The notes below the pieces were generated by a model, which was given only the letters and a program-made list of their open reading frames with translations, searched no databases and was not told where the DNA came from. Shown in pieces: positions 26,486 to 35,368 of a DNA stretch of 64,000 nt. Made by a program: the position numbers and the translations under genes. The stretch's first letter is position 1; every line of letters begins with the position of its first letter. Origin of the DNA: Rhodospirillaceae bacterium (GTDB lineage: Bacteria; Pseudomonadota; Alphaproteobacteria; SMXQ01); assembly GCA_947474495.1 (NCBI GenBank), contig CANJIM010000005.1, positions 27 to 64,026 of the forward strand, written 5' to 3'.

Positions 26486-27466
26486 TCAATATTCGCCTTC
26501 GCCGAAGGCCGGCCAGCTCTTGCGGTACTGCGCCAGGGTGTTCTCGCCGGCGATCATGGGCGGGTGGTCGTTGCCGTAGTCCTCGGTGCCGGGCACAGGC
26601 GCGACGATGGCGTCGTAGTCCGGGTTGGTGAAGAAGGGCATGGAATAGCGGTTGTCGCCGTCGCGGTTGATGACGCGGTGCGGCGTTGCGACGAAGCGGC
26701 CGTTGGTCCAGGTCTCCATGGCGCGGCCGAGATTGACGATGAAGCTGCCCGCAACGGGGCGCGCCTGCACCCATTCCTTTTCTTTGTTGAGCACTTCGAG
26801 GCCGCCGACATCGTCTTGCAGGATGATGGTCAGCTCGCCGGAATCGGTATGGGCGCGGACGCCGATCTCGCTCTCGTCGGTCGCCTTGTGGCGCGGGTAA
26901 TGCAAGATGCGCAGCATCGACAGAGACTTCTTGTGGCGCGCGTCGAAATAGCTGTCGTCCAGGCCGAGGCCGCGCGCGAAAGCGCGCATCAGCTCCATGC
27001 TGAGGCCTTCCATCGCGGCATAATACTCGAGCATGACGGTGCGCAATTCCGGCTGTTCTTTCGGCCAGAGATTGGGCGCGTGCAGCGGCTTGCCGGACTT
27101 CACGTCGGGGTCGTCGGCGCCGAGTTCGCGCTGAATCTGGAAGCCTTCCTGGCCGCGCGCCTTCTTGGTCTTGTCGACGCCGATGGCGCCGAACGGCCGA
27201 TAGCCGCGAAAGGCTTGCGACTTGGTCATGACCACGTCCATCTTCGCCTCCGTCGGCAGGGCGAAAAACTCTTCGGTGACGCGCATCATGCGCTGCTGGA
27301 TATCCTCCGGCACGCGATGGTTGGTCACGTAAAAAAAGCCGACGCGCTCGCAGGCATCGATTAGGGCGGCGTCCATCGCGCGTCGCGCCGGCGTGTCGCC
27401 GCCGAAGATCGGGGCAATGTCGACGAGCGGGATTTCCGTGAAGGACAGGCGGCGGCTGATGAACAT
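26486..27466 (-). CDS. 2-oxoglutarate/Fe(II)-dependent oxygenase (isopenicillin-N-synthase-like family) 2
   Basis: H-x-D in VRAHTDSGE, distal His in ATPHRVIN, R-x-S in NRYSMPFF. 326 aa. Confidence 0.85.
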   Translation of the reverse strand: MFISRRLSFTEIPLVDIAPIFGGDTPARRAMDAALIDACERVGFFYVTNHRVPEDIQQRMMRVTEEFFALPTEAKMDVVMTKSQAFRGYRPFGAIGVDKTKKARGQEGFQIQRELGADDPDVKSGKPLHAPNLWPKEQPELRTVMLEYYAAMEGLSMELMRAFARGLGLDDSYFDARHKKSLSMLRILHYPRHKATDESEIGVRAHTDSGELTIILQDDVGGLEVLNKEKEWVQARPVAGSFIVNLGRAMETWTNGRFVATPHRVINRDGDNRYSMPFFTNPDYDAIVAPVPGTEDYGNDHPPMIAGENTLAQYRKSWPAFGEGEY

Positions 27467-27585
27467 GGCGGCCTCGACAAACCCAGGGGGAAGCCGATTT
27501 TAGGCGGGCCCGCCGCCGACGCCCATGCTTTTCGCGAAAAAGCCCCCGTTTTTCTCTAAGGCTGGGCCGCTTGTCGAAACGCTGC

Positions 27586-28443
27586 TCAAGCGGAGCGCTT
27601 GCGCCAAGCTTCGATCGGCCGCCAGAGGGCGGCGGCGAGCGGCAGCAGCAGCGTAATCCCCAGCACGATCCAAGCCGGGCGTGGGCCCGCCATGGTGGTC
27701 AGGTTGGCCTGCAGCACCAAGCTCGCGTCAATGCCGGTGAAGATCGCGTAATAAGCCCATTCGCCGGCGACGGTGATGAGGGCGGCGGCGACCGCGAGCA
27801 GGATCAGCGCCCACAGCGTCGTCACGCTCTTGCGGCTGAGAAACTCTTCCCAAACGCGATAGAGCATCAGCCAGGTGAACAGACCGGCCATGATCGTCGG
27901 CTCGGACACATTCAGTTTCGTCTGCATGAAGAAATGCACCACGGCAATCAGGCCGATGGGATAAGCGAGGCGGTGCAGCTTCTTCCAGCGCTTGCCGCCG
28001 AGCCGGCGCACCATGCCGTCGGTCGAGGTGGCGGCGAGCAGCGCGAGGCCGATGAGCCCGACGAAGCCGATGGTCAGGTAATAGCGCAGCAGGATTTCCG
28101 AGGCGACCTTGGCGAGATTGAACATCTCGTCGGCCATGTAGCCGACCAGATGAATGGCGATGTAGCAGAACGAGGCGACGCCGATGATACGGCGCACCGA
28201 GACCAGCTTGTGCGCTTTCAGCACTTGGCGCAGCGGCGTGATCAACAAGCTGACGAACAGCAAGCGGATCGACCAATCGCCGCTGCGATGGATGATCTCG
28301 GTGATCGGCTTGGCGCCGAGCATATGCTGCGCGAAGTCGACCGCGGTGATCAGGCCGGGCAGCATGACGAGCAGCAGCACCAGGCCCTTCAGAATAGGAA
28401 TGGTGCGGTCGGGGCGGGCCAGGGTGTCGTCTGCTGTTGTCAT
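27586..28443 (-). CDS. MsrQ/YedZ-like ferric-reductase-domain haem-b membrane protein, orphan
   Basis: RRIIGVASFCYIAIHLVGY and WKKLHRLAYPIGLIAVVHFF are YedZ-type His pairs. About 2 extra C-terminal TM helices. In-frame ATGs lie at 28443, 28455 and 28473. No msrP is adjacent. Confidence 0.65.
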   Translation of the reverse strand: MTTADDTLARPDRTIPILKGLVLLLVMLPGLITAVDFAQHMLGAKPITEIIHRSGDWSIRLLFVSLLITPLRQVLKAHKLVSVRRIIGVASFCYIAIHLVGYMADEMFNLAKVASEILLRYYLTIGFVGLIGLALLAATSTDGMVRRLGGKRWKKLHRLAYPIGLIAVVHFFMQTKLNVSEPTIMAGLFTWLMLYRVWEEFLSRKSVTTLWALILLAVAAALITVAGEWAYYAIFTGIDASLVLQANLTTMAGPRPAWIVLGITLLLPLAAALWRPIEAWRKRSA

Positions 28444-28448
28444 GGCTC

Positions 28449-28477
28449 TCAACATAAAGATGATTTTCAACATAAAG
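28449..28477. repeat. 11-bp perfect direct repeat TCAACATAAAG x2 (18-bp period) overlapping the candidate start codons of the MsrQ-like gene
   Basis: Copies at 28449-28459 and 28467-28477 are identical. On the minus strand each copy contains TTT ATG TTG A. Confidence 0.8.
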
Positions 28478-28751
28478 CCTGGGCCTGCCCGGGCAAATCA
28501 AAAGCCGTTCAGGGCCGTTTCGGAACGCCGCGGGCGGATGCCGGCAGCCAGCTTCTCGTTCGCTGCCCGGCGGCAAAGGTTACGCGAAGGCGAGTTTGCC
28601 GCGAATCACTCGCAAAACCATCCCTTCGTCGGTCATTCGAAGGGCATAGGTACAGTCTTAATGATGGGGGACAAAACTTAGGCTTAGCAGATATTGCCGC
28701 GAGGAGGAGGCATGGTCCGGGCACTGATTTCCCCAGAGCCCAGGAGCTCAC

Positions 28752-30440
28752 ATGTCCTCGTTCCAACGTTTGTCGATCCGCAACCAGTTGATCGCTGCAT
28801 TTTCTCTGTTGAGCGTTCTTATCGTCGCGCTTGGCGGCATCGCCGTCAGCCGCATCAATGCGATGGACGAGATCGCCGCGGAACTGACTGACAAGTGGTT
28901 GCCCAGCGTCCGCGAAGGCGGCGCACTTCAAGCCGATGCCGCAACCTATCGCGCAGCCGTTTTGCGTCACCTTTTGAACAGCGATGAAAAGGCAATGTCT
29001 GCAGCGGATGATGAGCGCGCCAAGGCGGCGGGCGATATCGCAAAAGCTGGGGCGGTTTTTGAAAAGCTGATTTCGTCGCCGGAGGAACGCGCGTTGTACG
29101 AGACTTTCGCCAATGCTTGGCAGTCCTACACGCGCCAAATCGAGGCCGTCATCGAGGTATCCCGCAAGGGGGATAAAGCCGGTGCCTTGGCCTTGAATAA
29201 CGCTCAAGCCTTGCCGGTTTATTTTACCGCATATAAGGCCTTGGCGCAGATGATCGAGCTCGACAACGTGGGCGCGACTGATGCCGATCGGCGCAGCGAA
29301 CAGATCATCGCCTTGGCGATGCAGCTTTTCGGCGGCGCTATCGTGATCGCCCTGCTGCTGGCTGTTGGATTGACGATCCTGATCGTGCGTAGCGTCGGCC
29401 AGGGCATCGCCTCTGTGGTCAAGCCGATGCAGGCCTTGTCACAGGGTGATCTTGACGTCGAGATCCCGTCGCGCGGCGAGAAGACCGAGATCGGCACCAT
29501 CGCCGACGCGGTCCAGCTCTTCAAGGATGCCTTGATCGAGAAGAAGCGCCTCGACGAAGCGTCCGCGCTCGATAGCGAAACGAAGATCAAGCGGGCGCAG
29601 AAGCTCGAGCTATTGACGCGCAACTTCGAGGACAAGGTCGGCGCTCTCGTGCAGTCCCTCACCTCGGCCTCGACCGAGCTCGAGGCCACTGCGCAGTCGA
29701 TGTCCGGCACGGCGGGCGAGACCAACAGCCAGGCGCTGGCCGTCGCCGCCTCGGCCGAACAGACCTCGGCCAACGTGCAGACCGTGGCGACCGCCACCGA
29801 GGAACTGTCTTCGTCGATTCAAGAGATCGGCCGTCAGGTCGAAGGCTCCAGCCGCCACGCGGCGCAGGCCGTGCAAGAGGCCAAGCGGACCGATGAGACC
29901 GTGCAGGCGCTGGCGCTCAGCGCCCAGAAGATCGGCGACGTCGTCAGCTTGATCACTGACATCGCCGCCCAGACCAACCTGCTGGCGCTCAATGCCACCA
30001 TCGAGGCGGCGCGCGCCGGCGAGGCCGGTAAGGGCTTCGCGGTCGTCGCCTCCGAGGTGAAGAATTTGGCCAATCAGACGGCAAAGGCGACTGAAGATAT
30101 CGGCACCCAGGTCGCGCAGATTCAGGCGACGACCCGCGATGCCGTGGCGGCGATCAAGACGATCGCGGCGACCATCGAGGAGATGAGCCAGACGACGTCG
30201 GCCATCGCCGCTGCGGTCGAGCAGCAGGGCGCTGCGACTCAGGAGATCGCCCACAACGTTCAGCAGGCCGCCCAGGGCACGCAGGAAGTCACCAGCAACA
30301 TCGGGCAGGTCAAGGATGCCGCGACCACGACCGGCGCGTCGGCCGACCAGGTGCTGAGCGCCGCCGGCGAATTGGCCCGACACTCGTCCGACCTGCGCCG
30401 CGAAGTCAGCGATTATATCGATGGCGTCAAGGCGGCTTGA
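28752..30440 (+). CDS. Methyl-accepting chemotaxis protein (4-helix-bundle sensor, TM, HAMP, signalling domain)
   Basis: AGGAG RBS. Two TM segments, and a HAMP-like segment after the second TM helix ([19 protein letters not shown]). The signalling hairpin [35 protein letters not shown] is highly conserved. Confidence 0.9.
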   Translation: MSSFQRLSIRNQLIAAFSLLSVLIVALGGIAVSRINAMDEIAAELTDKWLPSVREGGALQADAATYRAAVLRHLLNSDEKAMSAADDERAKAAGDIAKAGAVFEKLISSPEERALYETFANAWQSYTRQIEAVIEVSRKGDKAGALALNNAQALPVYFTAYKALAQMIELDNVGATDADRRSEQIIALAMQLFGGAIVIALLLAVGLTILIVRSVGQGIASVVKPMQALSQGDLDVEIPSRGEKTEIGTIADAVQLFKDALIEKKRLDEASALDSETKIKRAQKLELLTRNFEDKVGALVQSLTSASTELEATAQSMSGTAGETNSQALAVAASAEQTSANVQTVATATEELSSSIQEIGRQVEGSSRHAAQAVQEAKRTDETVQALALSAQKIGDVVSLITDIAAQTNLLALNATIEAARAGEAGKGFAVVASEVKNLANQTAKATEDIGTQVAQIQATTRDAVAAIKTIAATIEEMSQTTSAIAAAVEQQGAATQEIAHNVQQAAQGTQEVTSNIGQVKDAATTTGASADQVLSAAGELARHSSDLRREVSDYIDGVKAA

Positions 30441-30442
30441 TC

Positions 30443-30880
30443 ATGAGCAACAAGCTTTTGCGTCTGTGCTACTTCAGCGCGTCTCGCTTGACCAGCACAT
30501 GGGACGTCACCTGCCTTGTCGAGCAATGCCGGTTGCACAATATGCTATCGGGCCTCACCGGCATTCTCCTCTATGAGGACAATACCTTCATGCAGATCCT
30601 CGAAGGAGAGCCGGAGGTTGTCGAGGCGGTCTTCCGCAAGATTCAGAATGACCCGCGGCATCGCTACGTGACGGAATTGCACACGGTCGAAGCCGATAGT
30701 CGTCTGCTCGGCGAATGGCCGATGGCCTTCATGAGCCGCAAGGAGTTTTCGCGGGTCGGGATTTCGCCGAATAAGGAGATGCTGGCCGCCCTGCAGACGT
30801 CGTATCGCGAAGCCGGCAACAACGAGTTGCAGAAGGTTCTTTCGAGCTTCTTTCTCGATATCAAGCAGGTCGTGAATTAA
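30443..30880 (+). CDS. Short BLUF-domain (blue-light FAD sensor) protein
   Basis: LLRLCYFS (photoactive Tyr), NTFMQILEG (Gln) and GEWPMAF (Trp-x-Met). The ATG lies 2 nt after the MCP stop, and the alternative TTG at 30437 overlaps it. Confidence 0.8.
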   Translation: MSNKLLRLCYFSASRLTSTWDVTCLVEQCRLHNMLSGLTGILLYEDNTFMQILEGEPEVVEAVFRKIQNDPRHRYVTELHTVEADSRLLGEWPMAFMSRKEFSRVGISPNKEMLAALQTSYREAGNNELQKVLSSFFLDIKQVVN

Positions 30881-30898
30881 GCATTCCCATAACCATCG

Positions 30899-31369
30899 TT
30901 AGGTCAGGGGCTTGGCATGGCTATGGCCATGTTTGCTGCCGTGGCCGTGCTTATGCTGGCTTTGCACCAGCTCCGTGCCGATCAAGTGCAGTTTGCCGTG
31001 GCGGACACCGGTTTCAGCGATGGTGGCCTCGGCGAAGCTCCGCAGGCTTTCGGTTTCGCCGTTGAGGACGACGACCTCCATGCAATTCTCGTGATCGAGA
31101 TGCACATGTAGCGTCGAGAGCACGTAAGAATGGTGGTCATGCTGCGCTTCGGTCAGGCGGCTGGCCAGCTCTCGTTGATGATGATTGTAGACATATGACA
31201 GGCAGCCGACCGAATGGGCGGCGCCGCCTTGCTTTTCCTGATCGCGCTCCAGGCGTTCGCGCAGCAGGTCGCGGATCGCTTCGGAACGGTTCGCGTATCC
31301 TTTGCGGTGCATATAGGCGTCGAACTTCACCAGAAGATCGTCGTCGAGGGAAATGCTGACCCGTTCCAT
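30899..31369 (-). CDS. nikR: NikR-type nickel-responsive ribbon-helix-helix regulator with a His-rich tail
   Basis: RHH N-terminus MERVSISLDDDLLVKFDAYM...RSEAIRDLLR. C-terminal ACT-like domain with HDHH...TLHVHLDHENCMEVV metal ligands. Tail QHKHGHGSKHGHSH. Confidence 0.8.
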   Translation of the reverse strand: MERVSISLDDDLLVKFDAYMHRKGYANRSEAIRDLLRERLERDQEKQGGAAHSVGCLSYVYNHHQRELASRLTEAQHDHHSYVLSTLHVHLDHENCMEVVVLNGETESLRSFAEATIAETGVRHGKLHLIGTELVQSQHKHGHGSKHGHSHAKPLT

Positions 31370-31441
31370 GCTGTCCGTCCTCTGTCGATGGGTGCGCCCA
31401 TCTTAGGCGAAGCCGGGCTTCAGGGAAATCGGCGGCTGCGC

Positions 31442-32806
31442 TCACAGGCGCGGTAAAAACATTGCCACTCTCGTGCCGGCGCCGGGAGCGGACTCGAGGA
31501 CAAGAAAACCCTTCGACTGGCGGGCGAAACCTTGCGCCATAGATAGGCCCAGGCCAGGGCCGCTGCCGACAGGCTTGGTCGTGAAGAACGGTTCGCAAGC
31601 GCGGATGCGAACTTCGTCGCTCATGCCGGGGCCGTTGTCGGAAACCGTGAGGCGTACGAAAGCGCCGGGCCGGCCATCGGGATTCAGGGATTTTGCGGCG
31701 TCTTCCGTCAAGGTTACATTGCTTGCGGCGAGCGTGATGCCGGCTGCGCCCGGCGCCGCGGCTTCCACGGCATTGGCCGCCAGTTCGGCAAGCGCTGCCA
31801 TCAATTGACGTCCATCGGCGTCGATCGCGCCGCAATCGTCCGAGATATCGAGTGCGATCTTGGCTGATTTCCCGTGCAAGGCGGAAATCATGGCGCTCAC
31901 GTTCTGCAGGACAGGTCCGATCTCAAGCCTACCCGGTTCAAGGAACTGCCTGCCGGAATAGGCCAGCATCCCGTTTGTCAAATTGCTGCCTTGATGGAAG
32001 GCATCCATCATCATGACAAGTGATTTTTGCAGCTTGGCGTCTGCGCTGCTTTGAAGATTTTCAGTGAGCAGGATCAATCCCGTGAAAAGATTATTGAACT
32101 CGTGAGCGATGCCGCCGGTCAGGCGCGTCAATGATTGATCCGCGCGCTGGCGCACGGCGACCGATTCGGCATAGGCCCGCGCTTGCTCGGCGCTTTGGCG
32201 TTGGCGGATTTCTTCGTTCAACTGGCGAGCGAGCTGGCGTAATTCGATCTCGTCGGCGGCGATATGCGCGAGCTCCATCAGAATCGATGCTTCGCGAGGA
32301 CCGATATCGGCGCGCGGCTTGTTGTCGATGGCGCAGACCGTGCCCAGGGCATAGCCGTCGTGAGTGACGATCGGCGCGCCGGCATAGAAGCGGATATGTG
32401 GTGCGCCGGTAACGAGCGGATTGCCGCGAAAGCGCACGTCGGTCGCGGCATCGGGGACGATCAATACTGCGTCGGGCTTCAAGATGGCGTGGGCGCAAAA
32501 GGCCCAATCGCGCGGCGTTTGGCTGGCCTCGAGCCCGGCCTTGGCCTTAAACCATTGCCGCTCTCCGTCGATCAGGGAGACGAGCGTGATGGGCGTGCCG
32601 ATCAACTGGGCCGCGATGCGCGTGAGGCGGTCGAACGCCGCTTCGGGGGGTGTGTCGAGAATGTCGGCGCGGCGCAGCGCAGCGAGACGCTCGGCCTCGT
32701 TCTTAGGCAGCGGGGCGGGTAGGTAATCGGAGGGGAGGAAGGACATGACGGCGTGACTCATCAAAATGTCGGGCATTGTCGTCCCGCGCCGATGAGCATC
32801 GGTCAC
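31442..32806 (-). CDS. GAF-domain sensor histidine kinase
   Basis: GAF region (ITLVSLIDGERQWFKAKAGL...RFYAGAPI). H-box GGIAHEFNNLFTGL. ATPase boxes DNGPGMS and GSGPGLGLSM. The start is uncertain (in-frame ATGs at 32806, 32776, 32761 and 32746). Confidence 0.8.
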   Translation of the reverse strand: MTDAHRRGTTMPDILMSHAVMSFLPSDYLPAPLPKNEAERLAALRRADILDTPPEAAFDRLTRIAAQLIGTPITLVSLIDGERQWFKAKAGLEASQTPRDWAFCAHAILKPDAVLIVPDAATDVRFRGNPLVTGAPHIRFYAGAPIVTHDGYALGTVCAIDNKPRADIGPREASILMELAHIAADEIELRQLARQLNEEIRQRQSAEQARAYAESVAVRQRADQSLTRLTGGIAHEFNNLFTGLILLTENLQSSADAKLQKSLVMMMDAFHQGSNLTNGMLAYSGRQFLEPGRLEIGPVLQNVSAMISALHGKSAKIALDISDDCGAIDADGRQLMAALAELAANAVEAAAPGAAGITLAASNVTLTEDAAKSLNPDGRPGAFVRLTVSDNGPGMSDEVRIRACEPFFTTKPVGSGPGLGLSMAQGFARQSKGFLVLESAPGAGTRVAMFLPRL

Positions 32807-32846
32807 GCTTTACGGCCTCTGGAAAGGCCGGCGAAATTTCAAGGCG

Positions 32847-33164
32847 CTATGGTTTGCGCTTGGTCGCTTCGCTGGCATCGCGCGCGCGTTGCGCATCGCG
32901 ATCACTCTGCATCCTGCTGCGCTGCTCGATCTGGCGTTGCTGCTGTTGCAGGCGAAGCTCGTTCTGATTCTGCAACTGCTGCTCGCGGGCATCCTGGCTG
33001 CGCTGCAGGCGCTTGCTCTCCAGGTCGCGGTTGAGCTGATCCTGGCGCTGCTCCTGCGCAGTCTGCGCAAAGCCGAGCACCGGAATGGCCATGACGCCCG
33101 CCGCGATCGCGAGAATGGCGGCTATGCGGACAAGATCTGGGCTGCGTTTGTTCATGCTGGTCAT
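32847..33164 (-). CDS. Small exported Gln/Arg-rich coiled-coil protein (hypothetical)
   Basis: Hydrophobic signal/anchor segment IAAILAIAAGVMAIPVLGFA, then QTAQEQRQDQLNRDLESKRLQRSQDAREQQLQNQNELRLQQQQRQIEQRSR. The start is ambiguous (33176 TTG, 33164 ATG or 33155 ATG). Confidence 0.5.
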   Translation of the reverse strand: MTSMNKRSPDLVRIAAILAIAAGVMAIPVLGFAQTAQEQRQDQLNRDLESKRLQRSQDAREQQLQNQNELRLQQQQRQIEQRSRMQSDRDAQRARDASEATKRKP

Positions 33165-33468
33165 ATGGCCTTTCAATTTCGGCCTTAGTAAGGCGGCGCG
33201 GCGTTATTTATATCAACGCTAACGCGCGCTGTGGCGTTCCGCCTTGCCGGCAAACGGCGATGGCCGGAGGCTCTCTATACAAAATGTTATATACTTAGGG
33301 ATGCAGTTTCGAGCATCACCTACTTTCAGTTATGTCAATGAAATCAGTGATATTAGACATTTTTTAATAGGTTAAAAGTCATATTCAGGTGGCGCGATCG
33401 AGGATGTTCGATGCGCATTTCCCCCACCCCTCGCAGGCAGCGCCTGCGTGACCTCAAGGAAAACTTCA

Positions 33469-33744
33469 ATGAATAAGACGCTGATCGCCGCCTCTCTGTT
33501 CGCGGCCTTTGTTAGCCTTTCCCTGGCCGCTCCGAGCAAGGCCGATATCGCCAACTGCGTCGAGGAAGTGACTGTCGTTGAAAATGAGATCGGCGGCGCG
33601 ACTCCGGGCGATCTGAAGGAAAAGGCTTGGCAGAAGCACTCTGCGGCCGGCAAAGCGATCGTCGCTAAGAATGAAGAGCTGTGCTTTTCCCTGCTGAATG
33701 ACGCGCGTCTCGCGCTGAACGATGGGCAAGGTCGTTCTGAGTAA
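33469..33744 (+). CDS. Small secreted protein (hypothetical, 91 aa)
   Basis: AAGGAAA RBS 7 nt before the ATG. Signal peptide MNKTLIAASLFAAFVSLSLAAPSKA. Two Cys in the mature part. Confidence 0.55.
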   Translation: MNKTLIAASLFAAFVSLSLAAPSKADIANCVEEVTVVENEIGGATPGDLKEKAWQKHSAAGKAIVAKNEELCFSLLNDARLALNDGQGRSE

Positions 33745-33761
33745 CAGCGGCGCAGCCACTG

Positions 33762-33800
33762 AAAAAAGAAACGGCTCCCGCATGGGAGCCGTTTCCGTTT
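33762..33800. terminator. Bidirectional rho-independent terminator
   Basis: AAAAAAGAAACGGCTCCC-gcat-GGGAGCCGTTTCCGTTTC. Confidence 0.75.
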
Positions 33801-33821
33801 CAGAGTATCTGGCAGAGAAGC

Positions 33822-35303
33822 TTAGACGCTCTTGCCCCAGCCTTCGAGCAGGTGGCCGAACTTCTGGCGGGCTTCCTTGGACTGCGCTTCCGACGGCATG
33901 TTGACCTTCGGGAACTGGTCGCGCCAGTGGAACGGACGGCACGCGTCGATGATGGCGCGGCTGTTCGTGAAGTCGCCACGCTCGCGCTGTTCCGGCGTGA
34001 TGCGCGGATCGAGCGGCGTGGACCAGGCGTTGTGCACGATGTCGATCGAGGTCGCCGGATCCGAACGGGTGACCACCGCCCACATCAGCTGCTCGAGGTT
34101 CGACACGTCGATGTCGTCGTCGACGACGAAGACATACTTGCCGGCGTAAGCGCCGACGTGGCATTGGCAAGCGATGTGGCCGACCTGGCGGGCGTGGCCC
34201 GGATAGCGCTGCTTGATCGAGACGGCGACAAGCATGCGCGCCGTGCCGACTTCATGCGCCCAGACGTTGGTGACGTCGGGGACGCCGGCCGCCTGGATCG
34301 ACTGCTTGAGCAGGGCCGAACGGGCGACGGCGCGGTAGCGGGCCAGCTCGTCGGGCGGACGCTGCGGAGGGCAGCCGAGGATGATCGGGTCGTTGCGGTG
34401 ATAGATCGCCTCGACGTGCAGCACGGGCTCCGGACGCATGTCCGACGCGTAGTAACCGGTCCATTCGCCGAACGGACCTTCGTCCATCAGCTCCTTCGGA
34501 TCGATCCAGCCTTCGAGGACGATTTCGGCGTCCTTGGGGAACGGCAGGCCGGTGATCTTGCCCTTCACGCATTCGATCGGCTTCTTGTAGAGGCCGCCGA
34601 GGATGTCGTACTCGCTGATGCCGTACGGCACTTCCTGCGACGAGAGCAGGAACATCATCGGGCTGCCGCCGACGACGATGCAGGCGGGCATCCGCTCGCC
34701 GCGTTCGGCGTACTTGTCGCGATGGATACGGCCGTGCTTGCCCGGCGAGATGTAGAAGCCGATTTTGTTCTTGGTCTGGATCATGCAGCGGTAGGTGCCG
34801 CAGTTGACCCACTTCTCATCGGGATCCATCGTCACGTTGTACGAGCCGGTGCCGAGATAGCGCCCGCCGTCTTCCTCGTGCCACTTCGGCGTCGGGAAGA
34901 TGTTCAGGTCGACGTCGTCGCCCGTCAGGATGTTTTCGAAGATCGGGCCGGTCTCGACGATCTTGTGCGGGATCGGCTTGTTTTCCGGATTGCGATAGAC
35001 CTTCAGGAAGGCCTCGCTCAGATCCAGGCGGTTCAGGCCGGTCGGGAAGCCGAGCGTCATGTTCGCACGCTGGGCGCCGAAGAAGTTGGTCAGAACGCGG
35101 AAGCCCTTCTTAATGCCGGGCACTTCGTCGAACAGGCCGCAAGGCGCCGGATCGGTGTGATGGAGCATCTCCGTCACCATGCCGATCTCGCGTTCCCAGT
35201 TCAGGCCATTGATGTATTTCATTTCGCCGAGCTTGTCCGCTTCGGCGATCCAGCCGCGCAGATCCTGGTAGGCGAATTGATGCTTCAGATTGTCATCAGC
35301 CAT
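33822..35303 (-). CDS. UbiD-family (prFMN-dependent) reversible decarboxylase
   Basis: 493 aa. UbiD-type blocks DGGRYLGTGS, GPFGEWTGYY and ARMLVAVSIKQRYPGHARQV. GGGAGAG RBS. Confidence 0.85.
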   Translation of the reverse strand: MADDNLKHQFAYQDLRGWIAEADKLGEMKYINGLNWEREIGMVTEMLHHTDPAPCGLFDEVPGIKKGFRVLTNFFGAQRANMTLGFPTGLNRLDLSEAFLKVYRNPENKPIPHKIVETGPIFENILTGDDVDLNIFPTPKWHEEDGGRYLGTGSYNVTMDPDEKWVNCGTYRCMIQTKNKIGFYISPGKHGRIHRDKYAERGERMPACIVVGGSPMMFLLSSQEVPYGISEYDILGGLYKKPIECVKGKITGLPFPKDAEIVLEGWIDPKELMDEGPFGEWTGYYASDMRPEPVLHVEAIYHRNDPIILGCPPQRPPDELARYRAVARSALLKQSIQAAGVPDVTNVWAHEVGTARMLVAVSIKQRYPGHARQVGHIACQCHVGAYAGKYVFVVDDDIDVSNLEQLMWAVVTRSDPATSIDIVHNAWSTPLDPRITPEQRERGDFTNSRAIIDACRPFHWRDQFPKVNMPSEAQSKEARQKFGHLLEGWGKSV

Positions 35304-35368
35304 AGGTCTCTCCCTGATGGGGGCTTTAAGCGTTTAAATGGATCGTCGTGTTCATCGTCGCGGACGGC

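Noticed and set aside
27503-27543. Palindromes GGCGGGCCCGCC (27503-27514) and GCTTTTCGCGAAAAAGC (27527-27543) upstream of the second 2OG oxygenase
   Set aside because: They are short and occur once each. They could be an operator or just a hairpin, and there is no second copy or regulator to tie them to.
33352-33360. ATTAGACAT in the AT-rich spacer as a possible fourth copy of the cluster operator
   Set aside because: Only a 9-mer half-match to S3. It lies in the most AT-rich DNA of the window, where chance matches are likely, and has no palindromic partner half-site. The adjacent genes are unrelated to the catabolic cluster.
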